In this document: positions 10,341 to 20,882 of the stretch, piece after piece | Numbering within the stretch: position 1 is the stretch's first letter | Layout of the letters: each line of letters begins with the position of its first letter | NCBI GenBank assembly: GCA_028345065.1 | Contig: JAOMCN010000001.1 | Location: forward strand, 21,605 to 85,604 | Source of the DNA: Rhodospirillales bacterium | Lineage (GTDB): Bacteria; Pseudomonadota; Alphaproteobacteria; Rhodospirillales; UBA2165 | Length of the DNA stretch: 64,000 nucleotides | Direction of reading: 5' to 3' | The notes under the pieces: generated by a model | The model's database searches: none | What the model was told of the DNA's origin: nothing | The model's input: the letters and a program-made list of their open reading frames with translations, nothing else | Made by a program: the position numbers and the translations under genes

Positions 10341-11495
10341 TCAACTTTTACCGTTCAACGACAATAGATAGAGACGCCCCCGTATTTTTAGAGACCCATC
10401 CATTCTGGGTACAATGTCTCTTGCAGCGAGCAATTCAAAACCGAAAGTCCTGGAAAGATCTCTGATGTATCCATCACTGTGGGCGTATCTCCCGGTTGGG
10501 CAGAGACTAAAGGAACCTGATCTAAGCTTCTCTACAGAAAAGCAAAAAACGCCCTTGCCACTTAATCGTTTAGAAACACCATTGAAAACTGAACGCAAAT
10601 CACCGAGATAGACAAGCGCATCGCCACTGACAATTAAATCGTATTTTGGTTTCCCGACAGTTCTATCTAATAAAAATGTGGTCATTTCCTGTAAATAAAT
10701 ATTATCGTATCGTTGGTGTTCAAAGGCGACTTTAACCATTTTTTCCGAGAGGTCGACACCATCTGTCTTCGTGACCAGACCCTTGATGGCTTCCGAAACC
10801 AACCCCGTTCCACACCCCAAGTCTAGAGCGGAAGAAAAACGGCAGATTTTCTGAAAATTGGGGGACCTGGTAATTTTTTTGAGTTCCTTGCGGATCAAAG
10901 TAGGAACGACATAATTGAGATCGTTCAAAAGATCCTGCTCAAAGCTATCTGCGTAATCATCAAAGAGGTCTCGCACATAATCATCTGGCGCCCTATCAGT
11001 TGTGGTTCCAAGCATGGATGCGAGAAGATGTTTGGCCATGCCATGGTTGGGGTCTTTTTCAAGACACTTTCGGTACGCCCACTCGGCCCCGATTTTATCA
11101 CCGGTCATTTCCCTGGTATAAGCCAATTCCCAATAGGCGGCTGTGCGGCTTGGTTCAACATCAAAACCACGTTCATAAAATTCAATCGCCTCATCGTAGG
11201 ATTCGATAATCCGGAGCGTTGCGGCCAAACCAAAAAGACCGTCAGAATTATTTGGGTACATCTCTAATCCAAAACGATAAGTACTTTCAGCGCTTTCATA
11301 ATCTGCTAGACCAAAATATGCATCCCCCAACCCAAACCTGGCAACAGCGCTGTTAGGATCACGCTTTAAAATGTTAAGAAACTGAAAAACGGACGAGCCA
11401 TAATCTTCTTCTTCCAAAGATACTTGGGCAATCGATAGTAATTCCTTCACGGGCCTACTGCTCCTACCTTCGGTCTTTGTTTCGACCTTTCTCAT
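10341..11495 (-). CDS. TPR-repeat protein with C-terminal class I SAM-dependent methyltransferase domain
   Basis: It has N-terminal TPR-like repeats and SAM motif I LDLGCGTGL. Confidence 0.75.
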   Translation of the reverse strand: MRKVETKTEGRSSRPVKELLSIAQVSLEEEDYGSSVFQFLNILKRDPNSAVARFGLGDAYFGLADYESAESTYRFGLEMYPNNSDGLFGLAATLRIIESYDEAIEFYERGFDVEPSRTAAYWELAYTREMTGDKIGAEWAYRKCLEKDPNHGMAKHLLASMLGTTTDRAPDDYVRDLFDDYADSFEQDLLNDLNYVVPTLIRKELKKITRSPNFQKICRFSSALDLGCGTGLVSEAIKGLVTKTDGVDLSEKMVKVAFEHQRYDNIYLQEMTTFLLDRTVGKPKYDLIVSGDALVYLGDLRSVFNGVSKRLSGKGVFCFSVEKLRSGSFSLCPTGRYAHSDGYIRDLSRTFGFELLAARDIVPRMDGSLKIRGRLYLLSLNGKS

Positions 11496-11509
11496 TCTTT
11501 CCTGTTGGC

Positions 11510-12166
11510 CTAGTCTATCATAGCACCAACTACTCCAATCCCAGCGGCACCGCTTCCAACCAGCCTTTTCGCCGAAATATCGTTAATACCCCCTAAAGCG
11601 TATATAGGCAGTTGTGTGGAATTGCATATTTTAATGAACCTCATTAACCCAAGAGGTTTCTTATTAGGATGACTGGCACTAATAAATACGGGAGACAAAA
11701 ATGCCGCGTCAACGTTGAGGCGATCTGCGTTAATTAACGCCTGTGGCGAATGTATCGCCGCCGTCAGAAAACCTTCTCCAAATTGACGCCATTTATGAAT
11801 ATCCCGATCTGCTCCTTTTAAGCAATATTCCGGCAGGTGTAAACCATCTGCAGCAACCTCTAACGCAAGATCTACGTCGTTGGAAACAATAAAAAAAAGT
11901 GCACGGGTATCGCATAATGTTCTTAACGCCAGGGCTAGTCTCCTTCGCGCTGGAAAGCTATAATGTCTAAATAACACCGCCGAGCCTGGCGGTAGGAGGG
12001 CAATCGACGAAAGTGGTTCTGGTTGACGTTCTTCGTCAGAAAATAATACGAGGGGCGGCAAATGGGTGGCGTCGGCACCAAAATTGAGGCGAAGGGCGAT
12101 ATTTGATATCGTACGTTCCAACGGGATATTCCGCAAATGATCTGATATTGGAATAACTATGAACAC
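11510..12166 (-). CDS. thiamine-phosphate synthase family protein (ThiE/TenI-like)
   Basis: The C-terminal pattern PIYALGGI...GAAGIGVVGA is typical of the TMP-TENI fold. The start is uncertain: GTG 12166 overlaps the yggS start. Confidence 0.6.
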   Translation of the reverse strand: MFIVIPISDHLRNIPLERTISNIALRLNFGADATHLPPLVLFSDEERQPEPLSSIALLPPGSAVLFRHYSFPARRRLALALRTLCDTRALFFIVSNDVDLALEVAADGLHLPEYCLKGADRDIHKWRQFGEGFLTAAIHSPQALINADRLNVDAAFLSPVFISASHPNKKPLGLMRFIKICNSTQLPIYALGGINDISAKRLVGSGAAGIGVVGAMID

Positions 12167-12848
12167 CGAGAATCAAATTGCAAGTAATCTTGCTCTTGTT
12201 AAATCAAGTTTGCGAGATGCTGAGGTGCGCGCGGGAAAACAGGCTGGCTCTGTCACGCTTGTGGCCATTGCTAAAACCCAATCAATCGAAGCAGTTCAAT
12301 GCCTACTAGGTACCGGCCATAAAGTTTTTGGCGAAAATAAGGTTCAGGAGGCTATAGAAAAATGGCAGGTTTTGAGGGAGCAATATGAACATATTCAACT
12401 CCATATGGTTGGCGCCTTACAAAGCAATAAGTCCAACCTGGCGGTGAAGTGCTTTGACGTTATAGAAACGTTGGATAGGCCGAGCCTTGCCCGAGAACTT
12501 TCTAAACACATGGATAAACAAGATCGGCGACCCGAATGTTTAGTTCAAGTGAATACTGGCGAGGAAAAACAAAAGGCGGGTATCCTTCCAAAAGACGCTG
12601 ACAGATTTATAAAATCTTGTCGTTTAGAATTTAACCTTCCCGTTACTGGTTTGATGTGTATTCCACCGATGGCGGAGGAGCCGTCTCCTCATTTTGTATT
12701 TTTAGCTCAAATTGCCCACCGTAATGGCCTCAAAAACCTCTCGATGGGAATGAGCTCGGACTACTTGGTGGCGGCTCGTTTTGGGGCGACCCACGTGAGA
12801 GTAGGAACGGCAATATTTGGGAAGCGCCGGCAAGATGGAGAGACATAA
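12159..12848 (+). CDS. yggS: YggS-family pyridoxal-phosphate homeostasis protein
   Basis: It is YggS/PROSC-like (VTLVAIAKTQ, FGENKVQEA, HMVGALQSNK, LSMGMSSDY). Confidence 0.88.
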   Translation: MNTENQIASNLALVKSSLRDAEVRAGKQAGSVTLVAIAKTQSIEAVQCLLGTGHKVFGENKVQEAIEKWQVLREQYEHIQLHMVGALQSNKSNLAVKCFDVIETLDRPSLARELSKHMDKQDRRPECLVQVNTGEEKQKAGILPKDADRFIKSCRLEFNLPVTGLMCIPPMAEEPSPHFVFLAQIAHRNGLKNLSMGMSSDYLVAARFGATHVRVGTAIFGKRRQDGET

Positions 12849-12863
12849 AAGCGTCCGCAAGCT

Positions 12864-13361
12864 TTAAAACTCCATAATATGAAGTTTTGTTTCTGTTGAA
12901 CAGGTTTTTAAGATTTCAAGCAAATCAGCATCTTTTAGGGCGACGCACCCTCTAGTTGATTTAAAAGATGGTTCGGCAATATGGATAAATATAGCGCTAC
13001 CCAAAAATGGGTTTACGGGCGATGTGTTATAACCTAATACCACAACAATGTCGTAAATGTTGTCATCCCGCCAGAGCCTTTCATGGGATCCGTCATGGGG
13101 TAATTTTATGGGTTTGTTATAGTCTTCATGAGTGGGGTCATCACACCACCCGTCATTTGGCGACAAAGCAAAAACGGGCAAACGCGTCTCAGGAAAATCC
13201 ATGCGATCTGGTCTGTATAGAACGCGTATGAGAGGGAAAACGCCAGCAGGAGTAGCGCCGTCACCTTCGATCTTCTTTGTCAGAGCGCCTGTTTTTCCTA
13301 AGACGCACCTATACGTCCGACCATTTGAGAGCAGAGAATTCGAAGAGGTTATGCGCATCAA
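12864..13361 (-). CDS. L,D-transpeptidase catalytic-domain protein (YkuD-like)
   Basis: It has the catalytic signature GSAIFIHIA...STRGCVAL (His...Gly-Cys). Confidence 0.7.
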   Translation of the reverse strand: MMRITSSNSLLSNGRTYRCVLGKTGALTKKIEGDGATPAGVFPLIRVLYRPDRMDFPETRLPVFALSPNDGWCDDPTHEDYNKPIKLPHDGSHERLWRDDNIYDIVVVLGYNTSPVNPFLGSAIFIHIAEPSFKSTRGCVALKDADLLEILKTCSTETKLHIMEF

Positions 13362-14299
13362 TGGTTAACAGAATACACTGGTCGGTGGGGATTTTTTGTT
13401 AATTTCTTTGCAGATGTATACTTACCCAGACCTTTGAGCATGGCATCGATAACCCAGTTTTCTCTCGTTAGAGCCTTGTTTTGTTCGCGGGCGCCGAGGT
13501 TCTCATTAACTTTTGTATCACTTATATTAAGCGGGACGCTCGCGCCCCTCACAGTTCTGGCTGAAAAACGAGGAGTTAATGCCTGGGGTTGTTTGATCCC
13601 AGGGGCATTTAAATTAGGATTAATGGTTTCGTTAAACATTTTGTTTGTCACGAAAGGCGGGGTAGTTGGTTTTTTTTCTTCTACCATTATTTTCAACTCG
13701 TGCCCGGTGGTTTTGAAAGCTTGTTGAGGCTCTTTCAGGGATAAAGTGTTGTTTTTTGCAAGTGGAATTGCTGTCATTCCCGCAAAATGAAATTTATCAG
13801 GGGAAGTACCCTTCGCACCCAATTCCAGGTGTTGTGTTACCAGAGAGGCAATTTGTGCCGGGTTTTTTTCAATAGTACCGTTGCTAACGGGTGCCGCAAG
13901 AGGCATGACCCTCAGGTTTTTTGCTTTTTGGTTAGAAACGCCTCCACCGGTAAAAAATGTAGCTGTATGCTCAACAATATCTAAACCTGTATTATGTTTG
14001 ATGGCAACATCCATAGACGCCAAGGCTCCTCCTAGGGGTCCACCAAATAAAGTTGCCCCTGCGATCCGAGAGCCCGGATCTATTTGGTCTCCGGTGATTG
14101 AGCGATAAATCGTTGAGATGATTGGGAGGTGTTGTAATGGATTAATGATATCAAGAAAGTCAAAAAACGTGAAACCATCATTACCAAACAACGCATTTTT
14201 GTTGGTCAGCACGTTATTTCTGGGGGACCTTGTTGCTATTGGATGTCGATCGCTGATCGCAAGGGTCTCTTGTCCCGACTGATTGTCGATATTGGTCAT
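13358..14299 (-). CDS. hypothetical protein
   Basis: This is a long ORF with a 4-nt overlap to the downstream L,D-transpeptidase gene. I recognise no family. Confidence 0.5.
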   Translation of the reverse strand: MTNIDNQSGQETLAISDRHPIATRSPRNNVLTNKNALFGNDGFTFFDFLDIINPLQHLPIISTIYRSITGDQIDPGSRIAGATLFGGPLGGALASMDVAIKHNTGLDIVEHTATFFTGGGVSNQKAKNLRVMPLAAPVSNGTIEKNPAQIASLVTQHLELGAKGTSPDKFHFAGMTAIPLAKNNTLSLKEPQQAFKTTGHELKIMVEEKKPTTPPFVTNKMFNETINPNLNAPGIKQPQALTPRFSARTVRGASVPLNISDTKVNENLGAREQNKALTRENWVIDAMLKGLGKYTSAKKLTKNPHRPVYSVNH

Positions 14300-14559
14300 A
14301 GATCAATCTTCCCGCACGGCTGTTTAAGCCTCAATCTGCAAAATCGATGCCAACGATATTGTAGAGGTTTCGACCATTTCCCCATTAATTTATTTAATTT
14401 CGTGCTAAAGTGGAAAATATTGTCCGGTTTAACGGTGGAGGCTGAAAGCCTATAACGTTAAAATGGACACCTGTTATTTTAATACAGTGACGTTGGTCTG
14501 GAAAGTTACGGCATAACAGTATGGTTAAATAGCGTTATAGCATTAGGAAGAATTGTCCG

Positions 14560-15249
14560 ATGATTTCTGGAAAGCTTATATTAGCCGTTGGTGATGATGA
14601 AACACTTTGGCAGATACTAGCGGAACAACTGCAATTAAATGGAGAATTTAGGATAAAAGAGGCGCGAACAGGGGAAGAAGCGCTTCAATATACCGAAAAA
14701 CAGTATTTTGACGGTGTTCTTCTGGACGTTGAACTAAACGATTTTAACGCTTTTGAGATTTGTTGCCAAATGCGCAAAAATGGCGTGAAGGCGCCCATTA
14801 TTATAATTTCTGATGCTAATAATGATCAGGATACAATTTTGGGTCTTGATTCGGGGGCGAATGATTTTGTTGTGAAGCCTATAAAAATTGCCATTTTGCT
14901 GGCAAGGCTCCGAGCACATATTCGTCAGTATGAACAAAACGAACACGCGGTTTTAAATTTTGGAACGTATTCATTCCGGCCAGGTGCCAAGGTTCTGTTG
15001 GATACAAAGACCAACAAAGAGATACGCCTTACGGATAAGGAAACAGCAATTATTAAGTTTTTATACCTTTCTAGTGGGCAGGTGGTTAGCAAAAGTGTCT
15101 TGTTGGACAAGGTTTGGGGGTACAATGCCGGCATGGCCACCCACACGCTGGAGACCCATGTTTATCGTCTCCGGCAAAAAATAGAACGGGACCCGTCAAA
15201 AACAGAGCTTTTGGTTACGGAAGCCAATGGTTATCGCTTGGCTGTTTAA
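14560..15249 (+). CDS. OmpR-family response regulator (receiver + winged helix)
   Basis: It has a receiver domain (GDDE, LLDVEL, KP) and a C-terminal winged helix (LTDKETAIIKFL...THTLETHVYRLRQKI). No adjacent histidine kinase is present. Confidence 0.88.
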   Translation: MISGKLILAVGDDETLWQILAEQLQLNGEFRIKEARTGEEALQYTEKQYFDGVLLDVELNDFNAFEICCQMRKNGVKAPIIIISDANNDQDTILGLDSGANDFVVKPIKIAILLARLRAHIRQYEQNEHAVLNFGTYSFRPGAKVLLDTKTNKEIRLTDKETAIIKFLYLSSGQVVSKSVLLDKVWGYNAGMATHTLETHVYRLRQKIERDPSKTELLVTEANGYRLAV

Positions 15250-15608
15250 AATTTGAAACCGAGTTTAAATTTTCCCGTTTAGAGGGCGAACGTAAGTATT
15301 TACAGTAACAAACATTAGCCGGAGTTCCTGTTGTCTGATATTGGAAACCTGACCTATGATGTGTTCTTCACATATACCGTTTAATCCCAAAGACACTGAT
15401 CACGAAAATGTGAAAACTATTAAAAGAGATTTAATTATTGTTTTAAATCAATGGGAAGTCCATAATTAGCGCCATACCACTACATAATGAAGACTATCAA
15501 AATCTAGCCCTTAAGCTTGACTAATATATCAATATATTGTGCACTGTGAGTTGATTCTGCATTTTAGCGGAGTCTATAGTATGGTATTAATCACTGAAGG
15601 ATCAGCAA

Positions 15609-15842
15609 ATGCCTGGTATTTATGATTCTGTAAAAAGATTTTTCATCCAAGTTACCGAGATGGGGCTCCTCCTCATCGCTCTAGCAGTTGTGGCGGGAAT
15701 AATTGTTGGCCCCGGGAATGTTCCTTTCGTTGGTGAGGTGGTTACCAATTTAACCAATCTCATAAAGTCACTTGGTGATAGTGGTATAGTGGGACTGATC
15801 GCAGTCGGCATAATTCTATGGCTGTTGTCTAAACGAGCGTAA
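15609..15842 (+). CDS. small two-TM membrane protein, hypothetical
   Basis: The 77-aa protein has two hydrophobic helices, and the RBS GAAGGA lies 8 nt upstream of the ATG. It sits isolated in an AT-rich gap of about 0.95 kb. Confidence 0.45.
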   Translation: MPGIYDSVKRFFIQVTEMGLLLIALAVVAGIIVGPGNVPFVGEVVTNLTNLIKSLGDSGIVGLIAVGIILWLLSKRA

Positions 15843-16209
15843 AACGAACCAAAGCGACAAGTTCGTAGGGCCGCATATCGTTGGTGATGTGTGGCCCATC
15901 GCTTTATGGGGAGATGTGAGGGCGCGGTGAATAAAAGCTAACACATTACTTCCATTCTGTATTATCTGTAACTTAGTGTTTTCAAAACCTGGCCCAACCG
16001 TAGCGATTCCCGTTAGTTTCTGACCTAGCCCCAAATACGTAGGCGGACCGGCGTAATTGCCCTATGAGGGGCATATTGGTTTTAAAAGGGACAACAAAAG
16101 TTTTTTAGTGTTTGCATTAGAGCCGCTAAGAACATTTACAAAAAGAAAACAGAGCACCGATAAATGATTTCATTAAACGTTGAACCAAACAGTTTGCGAG
16201 CCCAAAGTA

Positions 16210-16887
16210 TTAATTATTTTTTTTTGTAGGGAGGGTAAACAACGTTGGGTCTAATTTAATACCAGTTTGAATGCCAGTTAGGTTTATCGTCGTTATAATA
16301 TTCTGGGCATCAACAACGACCCATTTTCTTAGCACTAATGGTTTATCACTAAACACCAATTGTATCGATCCTAATTCTGGCTCTTTGGTCTTTTTTATTT
16401 TAATTTGCAAAATTCCGGGCGGGCGATCAATTTCTGTGACCGTTACATCGCCTTTAAACTCTATCTTTTCTTGCACCAAAAAACTCAGGGGCGTGGATTT
16501 CAGGAACACGTGGGTTGTTTGTTCCAAGTCTCTGTCGATATAAACAAAAAACAACCCATCTGCGATCATTAATATCGCCTCTGGCGGGTCATATTCAAAT
16601 CGTAGACGCCCAGGTCTGGACATAAATAACTTCCCAGAGGACACGCTGCCGTTCGAAGAAACTTGTAAGAAGCCCCCACGTAGAGTCTTAATTGCTTCCA
16701 AATATACAGCCACCCGCTTTAAATCCTTTTTGTCTTGGTTTGTCATCTCCATAGAAACAACGTCTTCGGCCAGAACTTGAAAACTCCCGACCAAGCTGGA
16801 TAAATAGGTTACTCCGACAAGAAAATAACTACTGACAATTATGCGTAGAACAAAATTTCTAAAATACAATAAAAAAACAGGAGACAC
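16210..16887 (-). CDS. lolA: outer-membrane lipoprotein carrier protein LolA-like
   Basis: It has a LolA pattern (SRPGRLRFEYDPPEAILMIADGLFFVYIDRDLEQTT) and is located downstream of ftsK. Confidence 0.75.
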   Translation of the reverse strand: MSPVFLLYFRNFVLRIIVSSYFLVGVTYLSSLVGSFQVLAEDVVSMEMTNQDKKDLKRVAVYLEAIKTLRGGFLQVSSNGSVSSGKLFMSRPGRLRFEYDPPEAILMIADGLFFVYIDRDLEQTTHVFLKSTPLSFLVQEKIEFKGDVTVTEIDRPPGILQIKIKKTKEPELGSIQLVFSDKPLVLRKWVVVDAQNIITTINLTGIQTGIKLDPTLFTLPTKKNN

Positions 16888-16978
16888 AGTATTCCTAACC
16901 GGGTTTCTTAGGTGTTTGCTAATTTGGATTGGTTAAAAGACGTTTTTACTAGAATAAGGAAAGTGATTTTGATCTAAA

Positions 16979-19375
16979 TTAATGATTGCTAACTAATACT
17001 TCGCGTCTACCGACGCGGTCGGCTTTGGATACGACGCCGTGCTCCTCCATTTGTTCCATGATTGTTGCCGCTCTATTATATCCGATTTGTAAGTGCCGTT
17101 GGATAAAACTGGTGGATGCTTTACCTTCCCGGGCAATTAAGGCCACCGCCTGGTCATAATACTTGTTATCCGTGTTGCTACCAAATCCATCGGTACCTTG
17201 TGTGGAAAAGCCTCCATCAACATCAGCTGTAACATCTTCTATATAATCGGGTTCGGCCTGCTCCTTAAGGAACCTCACAATGTGTTCGACCTCTTCATCT
17301 TTAACAAAAGGACCATGGACACGGGTGATCTGACCACCACCAACCATGTAAAGCATATCACCTTGCCCAAGCAATTGTTCAGCTCCCTGTTCGCCTAAAA
17401 TCGTGCGGCTGTCGATTTTTGAAGTAACCTGAAAACTAATACGATTTGGAAAATTAGCCTTGATTGTGCCGGTGATTACGTCCACCGATGGTCGCTGAGT
17501 TGCCATTATCAGGTGAATTCCCGCTGCACGAGCCATCTGTGCTAGGCGTTGAATGGCAGCCTCAATATCTTTACCAGCAACCATCATCAGGTCAGCCATT
17601 TCATCAACGACGACAACAATAAGCGGCAGCTGATCCATGCTAAGCGGTTGTTCTTCAAAGACAGGTTTGCCTGAATCATCAAAACCAGTTTGTACACGAC
17701 GGGTCAATTTTTCACCCTTTTTATGTGCACTAATTAGCCGCATGTTATATCCTGTCACGTTTCTCACACCCATTTGGGACATTAACCGGTAGCGATCCTC
17801 CATTTCTCGTACAGCCCATTTCAAAGCGAACACGGCTTTTGATGCATCTGTAACCACAGGGGTTAAAAGATTTGGAATGCCATCATATACCGAGAGTTCC
17901 AACATTTTGGGATCAATCATAATGAACTTACATTGGTCGGGAGGTAGTCGATAAAGTAATGAACAGATCATGGTATTGATTGCCACTGATTTCCCTGATC
18001 CCGTGGTGCCGGCTATTAGTAAGTGCGGCATGCGGGCAAGGTCTACCAACTTGGGGTTACCGCCAATGTCCTTGCCTAAAACCAAAGTTAGTGCGCCGTT
18101 GGCCTTCTCGAAGTCCTTAGATGCCAGTAGTTCGCGGAAATAAACAGTATCACGATTCAGGTTGGGAAGCTCTATGCCAATTACACTCCGTCCTGGAACA
18201 ACAGCAATTCGGACCGAAAGTGCACTCATTGATCTAGCTATATCGTCAGCCAATCCAACAACTCGAGAAGTCTTTGTTCCTGGCGCTGGCTCGAGTTCAT
18301 ACAAGGTTACCACTGGACCGGGGCGGACCTTGACAATCTCACCCCTGATACCGAAATCCTCTAAAACCGTTTCTAAAAGTTGCGCATTTTTTGAAAGCGA
18401 AAGTTTGTCTGCATCTAAGGGGGTTGGCCGGTTAGGCGGGGCTTCCAAAAGATCAAGAGGCGGCAGAAGGAACGTATCATTTTTTAGAAGAGCAAGTAAG
18501 CCTTGTTCCGCATTCTCCGCTCGGTGTCCTTTTGGTGCCTCTTTTGCCTTGTCCTGGACAATTGTTTTTCGGGATACGCGGTTTGAAGTTCCATCTAATA
18601 TACCTGCCTTTCTGGCACCAAGACTTTGGTTGCCGTTAACCTGTTCTTCAATTCCATTCTTTGATTTGCGTACTAATTGGGGTTCAAGGCGTTCATTCTT
18701 GAAAGAACCGTATTCTTTAATATTGACGATTTTTTTGCCAACAAAAGCCGAAATTAACCCCAAAGGAATGCAAAGGGCGACCCACTCTGATTTTTTTAAG
18801 CCTGTGGCAAAAACAAAAGAAACAGTGCCAAAAGTAAGAGATATAGACGCAATTATAATTACTTCAAAACCTAGTTGAAATTGCGACAAAATACTGAACA
18901 AGAAGGTATAAACAACCATTCCAGCAACACCGCCCAAGCCCGGGTTTAGCGGCCAGAATTTGGGTTGGTTAAAAGATGATAAAAATACGGAAATTAAAAG
19001 AAGGCCGGTGAATAACATCATTAACCTTACCCAGATAACAGAAACACCCTGTTTAGTAATCAGTTTCCAACCCCAGGATAACAAGAGTAGCGGAATAAGG
19101 GCCGCAGCCAGACCCAAGGTTTGTATCAACAGATCTGCTGTATGTGCGCCAATGGGCCCAATTAAATTTTCAGTCATACTTTTAGAGGCTGTATTAAAAG
19201 ACTGGTCATAGTGGCTATAGCTGGTGAGAGAGGCCGCCAATAAAAAAGCTAATAATAACAAGGAAACACCAACACCTTCAGACAACCAACATTTAATTCT
19301 TAAAATTACAGCTGGTGGCCAAAAGACAGGTCTGGTTGAACGCTCTAATGATCGCGGCATATTCAATCTTCGCAC
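16979..19375 (-). CDS. ftsK: DNA translocase FtsK
   Basis: It has N-terminal TM helices, the Walker A motif GTTGSGKS in the motor domain, and a C-terminal gamma winged helix. An alternative ATG start lies at 19360. Confidence 0.95.
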   Translation of the reverse strand: MRRLNMPRSLERSTRPVFWPPAVILRIKCWLSEGVGVSLLLLAFLLAASLTSYSHYDQSFNTASKSMTENLIGPIGAHTADLLIQTLGLAAALIPLLLLSWGWKLITKQGVSVIWVRLMMLFTGLLLISVFLSSFNQPKFWPLNPGLGGVAGMVVYTFLFSILSQFQLGFEVIIIASISLTFGTVSFVFATGLKKSEWVALCIPLGLISAFVGKKIVNIKEYGSFKNERLEPQLVRKSKNGIEEQVNGNQSLGARKAGILDGTSNRVSRKTIVQDKAKEAPKGHRAENAEQGLLALLKNDTFLLPPLDLLEAPPNRPTPLDADKLSLSKNAQLLETVLEDFGIRGEIVKVRPGPVVTLYELEPAPGTKTSRVVGLADDIARSMSALSVRIAVVPGRSVIGIELPNLNRDTVYFRELLASKDFEKANGALTLVLGKDIGGNPKLVDLARMPHLLIAGTTGSGKSVAINTMICSLLYRLPPDQCKFIMIDPKMLELSVYDGIPNLLTPVVTDASKAVFALKWAVREMEDRYRLMSQMGVRNVTGYNMRLISAHKKGEKLTRRVQTGFDDSGKPVFEEQPLSMDQLPLIVVVVDEMADLMMVAGKDIEAAIQRLAQMARAAGIHLIMATQRPSVDVITGTIKANFPNRISFQVTSKIDSRTILGEQGAEQLLGQGDMLYMVGGGQITRVHGPFVKDEEVEHIVRFLKEQAEPDYIEDVTADVDGGFSTQGTDGFGSNTDNKYYDQAVALIAREGKASTSFIQRHLQIGYNRAATIMEQMEEHGVVSKADRVGRREVLVSNH

Positions 19376-19536
19376 GTGATTTATTGATAGTACGTTAACA
19401 GTCGTTCCAACATTTCGGGTATAAGTAATTATATTCCTAGTTTGGTTGATGGTGAAGCGTCGATTTAACGGCGCCTATTTAGCTCGAAAAAGCGTGATGG
19501 GGCGTTGAAAGGGAAAAAATTATTGCCTAAACATTA

Positions 19537-20727
19537 CTATAGGTTATTTTCTAGGCGCCTAAGTGCGTCAGATATCAAATCAGGATCATGTACCAGAGCA
19601 ATCCGGATGTATTCGTCTCCAGGACTCGAGCCGTTTGAGCCGTTTTTTGAAAGATATTTCCCTGGAATTACTCTTATTCCGGCTTCGGACCAAAGTCTTT
19701 GCGCGGCTGCTTCTCCGTCACCCACATTAAGCCATGCAAAAAAGCCACCCATGGGACGATAGTATTCAAATTTGTTTTTTAATATCTGATCTGCAGTGTC
19801 GAATTTCTGACGATACTTAGTGCGATTATTCTCCACGTGCGGCTCGTCCCGCCAGAGTGCTGCTGAGGCCGCCATAATTGGGCCAGGTATTGCAGCCCCA
19901 CCATAGTTTCTTAGCATTTTTAACCCCGCCACTAACCCTGGATCACCAACGACAAAACCGGAGCGTAATCCCGGAGCGCTAGATCTCTTTGAAAGGGAAT
20001 GAAAAGCCAGAACGTTTGTGAGGGGGCCATTAATATCCTGGCAGGCTTGGAGAATACCGGGTGGTTGCAAAGTATCATAAATCTCTGCATAGCATTCATC
20101 CACTGCCAAAACGAAATCGTGGCGCAAGGCTAACTCAACCGCTTCTCTCAAATACGTGATATCTGCAATAGTCCCCTGGGGATTTGCTGGTGAACAAAGA
20201 TAAACAAGTGCACAGCGAGCAAGAAGTTGAGGGTCCAAAGATTGAAAATCAGGAAGAAAACCGGTTGCTTTGGTGGCGGGAAGGTAAATAGGTTCTGCGT
20301 CCCGAACAACAGCTGCCCCCATATAAACTTGATAGAAGGGATTGGGTATCAACACGGCTGGCCGTTGGCCCAATATATTGCGAGGGATGCACAGATCGCC
20401 GACCATGAATAGGGCCTCCTTGGTCCCGTTTACAGCGATCACATTTCTAGAGGGCTCCACAAAACCATCTGCAAGTCTGTAGCGATTTCCAAGCCACTCC
20501 ACGACAGCATTCAACAAGTCAGGTGTTCCGATTACTGGTGGATATTTTCCCCATTCGTTCGCGTGGCGGGAAATAACTTCTACGACGAAGGGCGGCGGTT
20601 CGTGTTGCGGTTCCCCGAGAGACATATTAATTGGTTTTTGATTGGCGGGTGGTTCTAGGCCATTAAGCAAGTGGCGCAAGCGATCGAAGGGATAATCGCC
20701 TAATTTGTCAAGGACTTGGTTGATCAT
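19537..20727 (-). CDS. class I/II PLP aminotransferase (DapC/succinyldiaminopimelate-transaminase-like)
   Basis: It has the N-terminal YPFDRLRHLL...SLGEPQHEPP pattern, the PLP lysine region SLSKRSSAPGLRSGF, and NP-x-NPxG. Confidence 0.7.
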   Translation of the reverse strand: MINQVLDKLGDYPFDRLRHLLNGLEPPANQKPINMSLGEPQHEPPPFVVEVISRHANEWGKYPPVIGTPDLLNAVVEWLGNRYRLADGFVEPSRNVIAVNGTKEALFMVGDLCIPRNILGQRPAVLIPNPFYQVYMGAAVVRDAEPIYLPATKATGFLPDFQSLDPQLLARCALVYLCSPANPQGTIADITYLREAVELALRHDFVLAVDECYAEIYDTLQPPGILQACQDINGPLTNVLAFHSLSKRSSAPGLRSGFVVGDPGLVAGLKMLRNYGGAAIPGPIMAASAALWRDEPHVENNRTKYRQKFDTADQILKNKFEYYRPMGGFFAWLNVGDGEAAAQRLWSEAGIRVIPGKYLSKNGSNGSSPGDEYIRIALVHDPDLISDALRRLENNL

Positions 20728-20882
20728 TCGCGAGCCTAATTGGGTTAAGGTCTTAAATTCTTTTTAAATGGATACCCTACACTTGGTATCGATACTCTAG
20801 AACCAGAGGCCTAACTACTAAAATATAGCTTACCAACACTAGTTTGTGGCAAAACTAAACCAATGGGCAACCTTTAGAAAAA

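Noticed and set aside
14300-14559. CtrA-box-like TTAA-N7-TTAA sequences upstream of the response regulator.
   Set aside because: The TTAA repeats present have the wrong spacing (N6, or a shifted second half).
15609-15842. The 77-aa two-TM protein as a VirB2/TrbC-type pilin or a holin.
   Set aside because: There is no type IV secretion, conjugation or phage lysis gene anywhere nearby, and the similarity is only topological.
18162-18878. A 238-aa plus-strand ORF inside ftsK.
   Set aside because: It is antisense to a well-supported gene. Its Ser/Arg/Pro-rich low-complexity translation is typical of a mirror frame.
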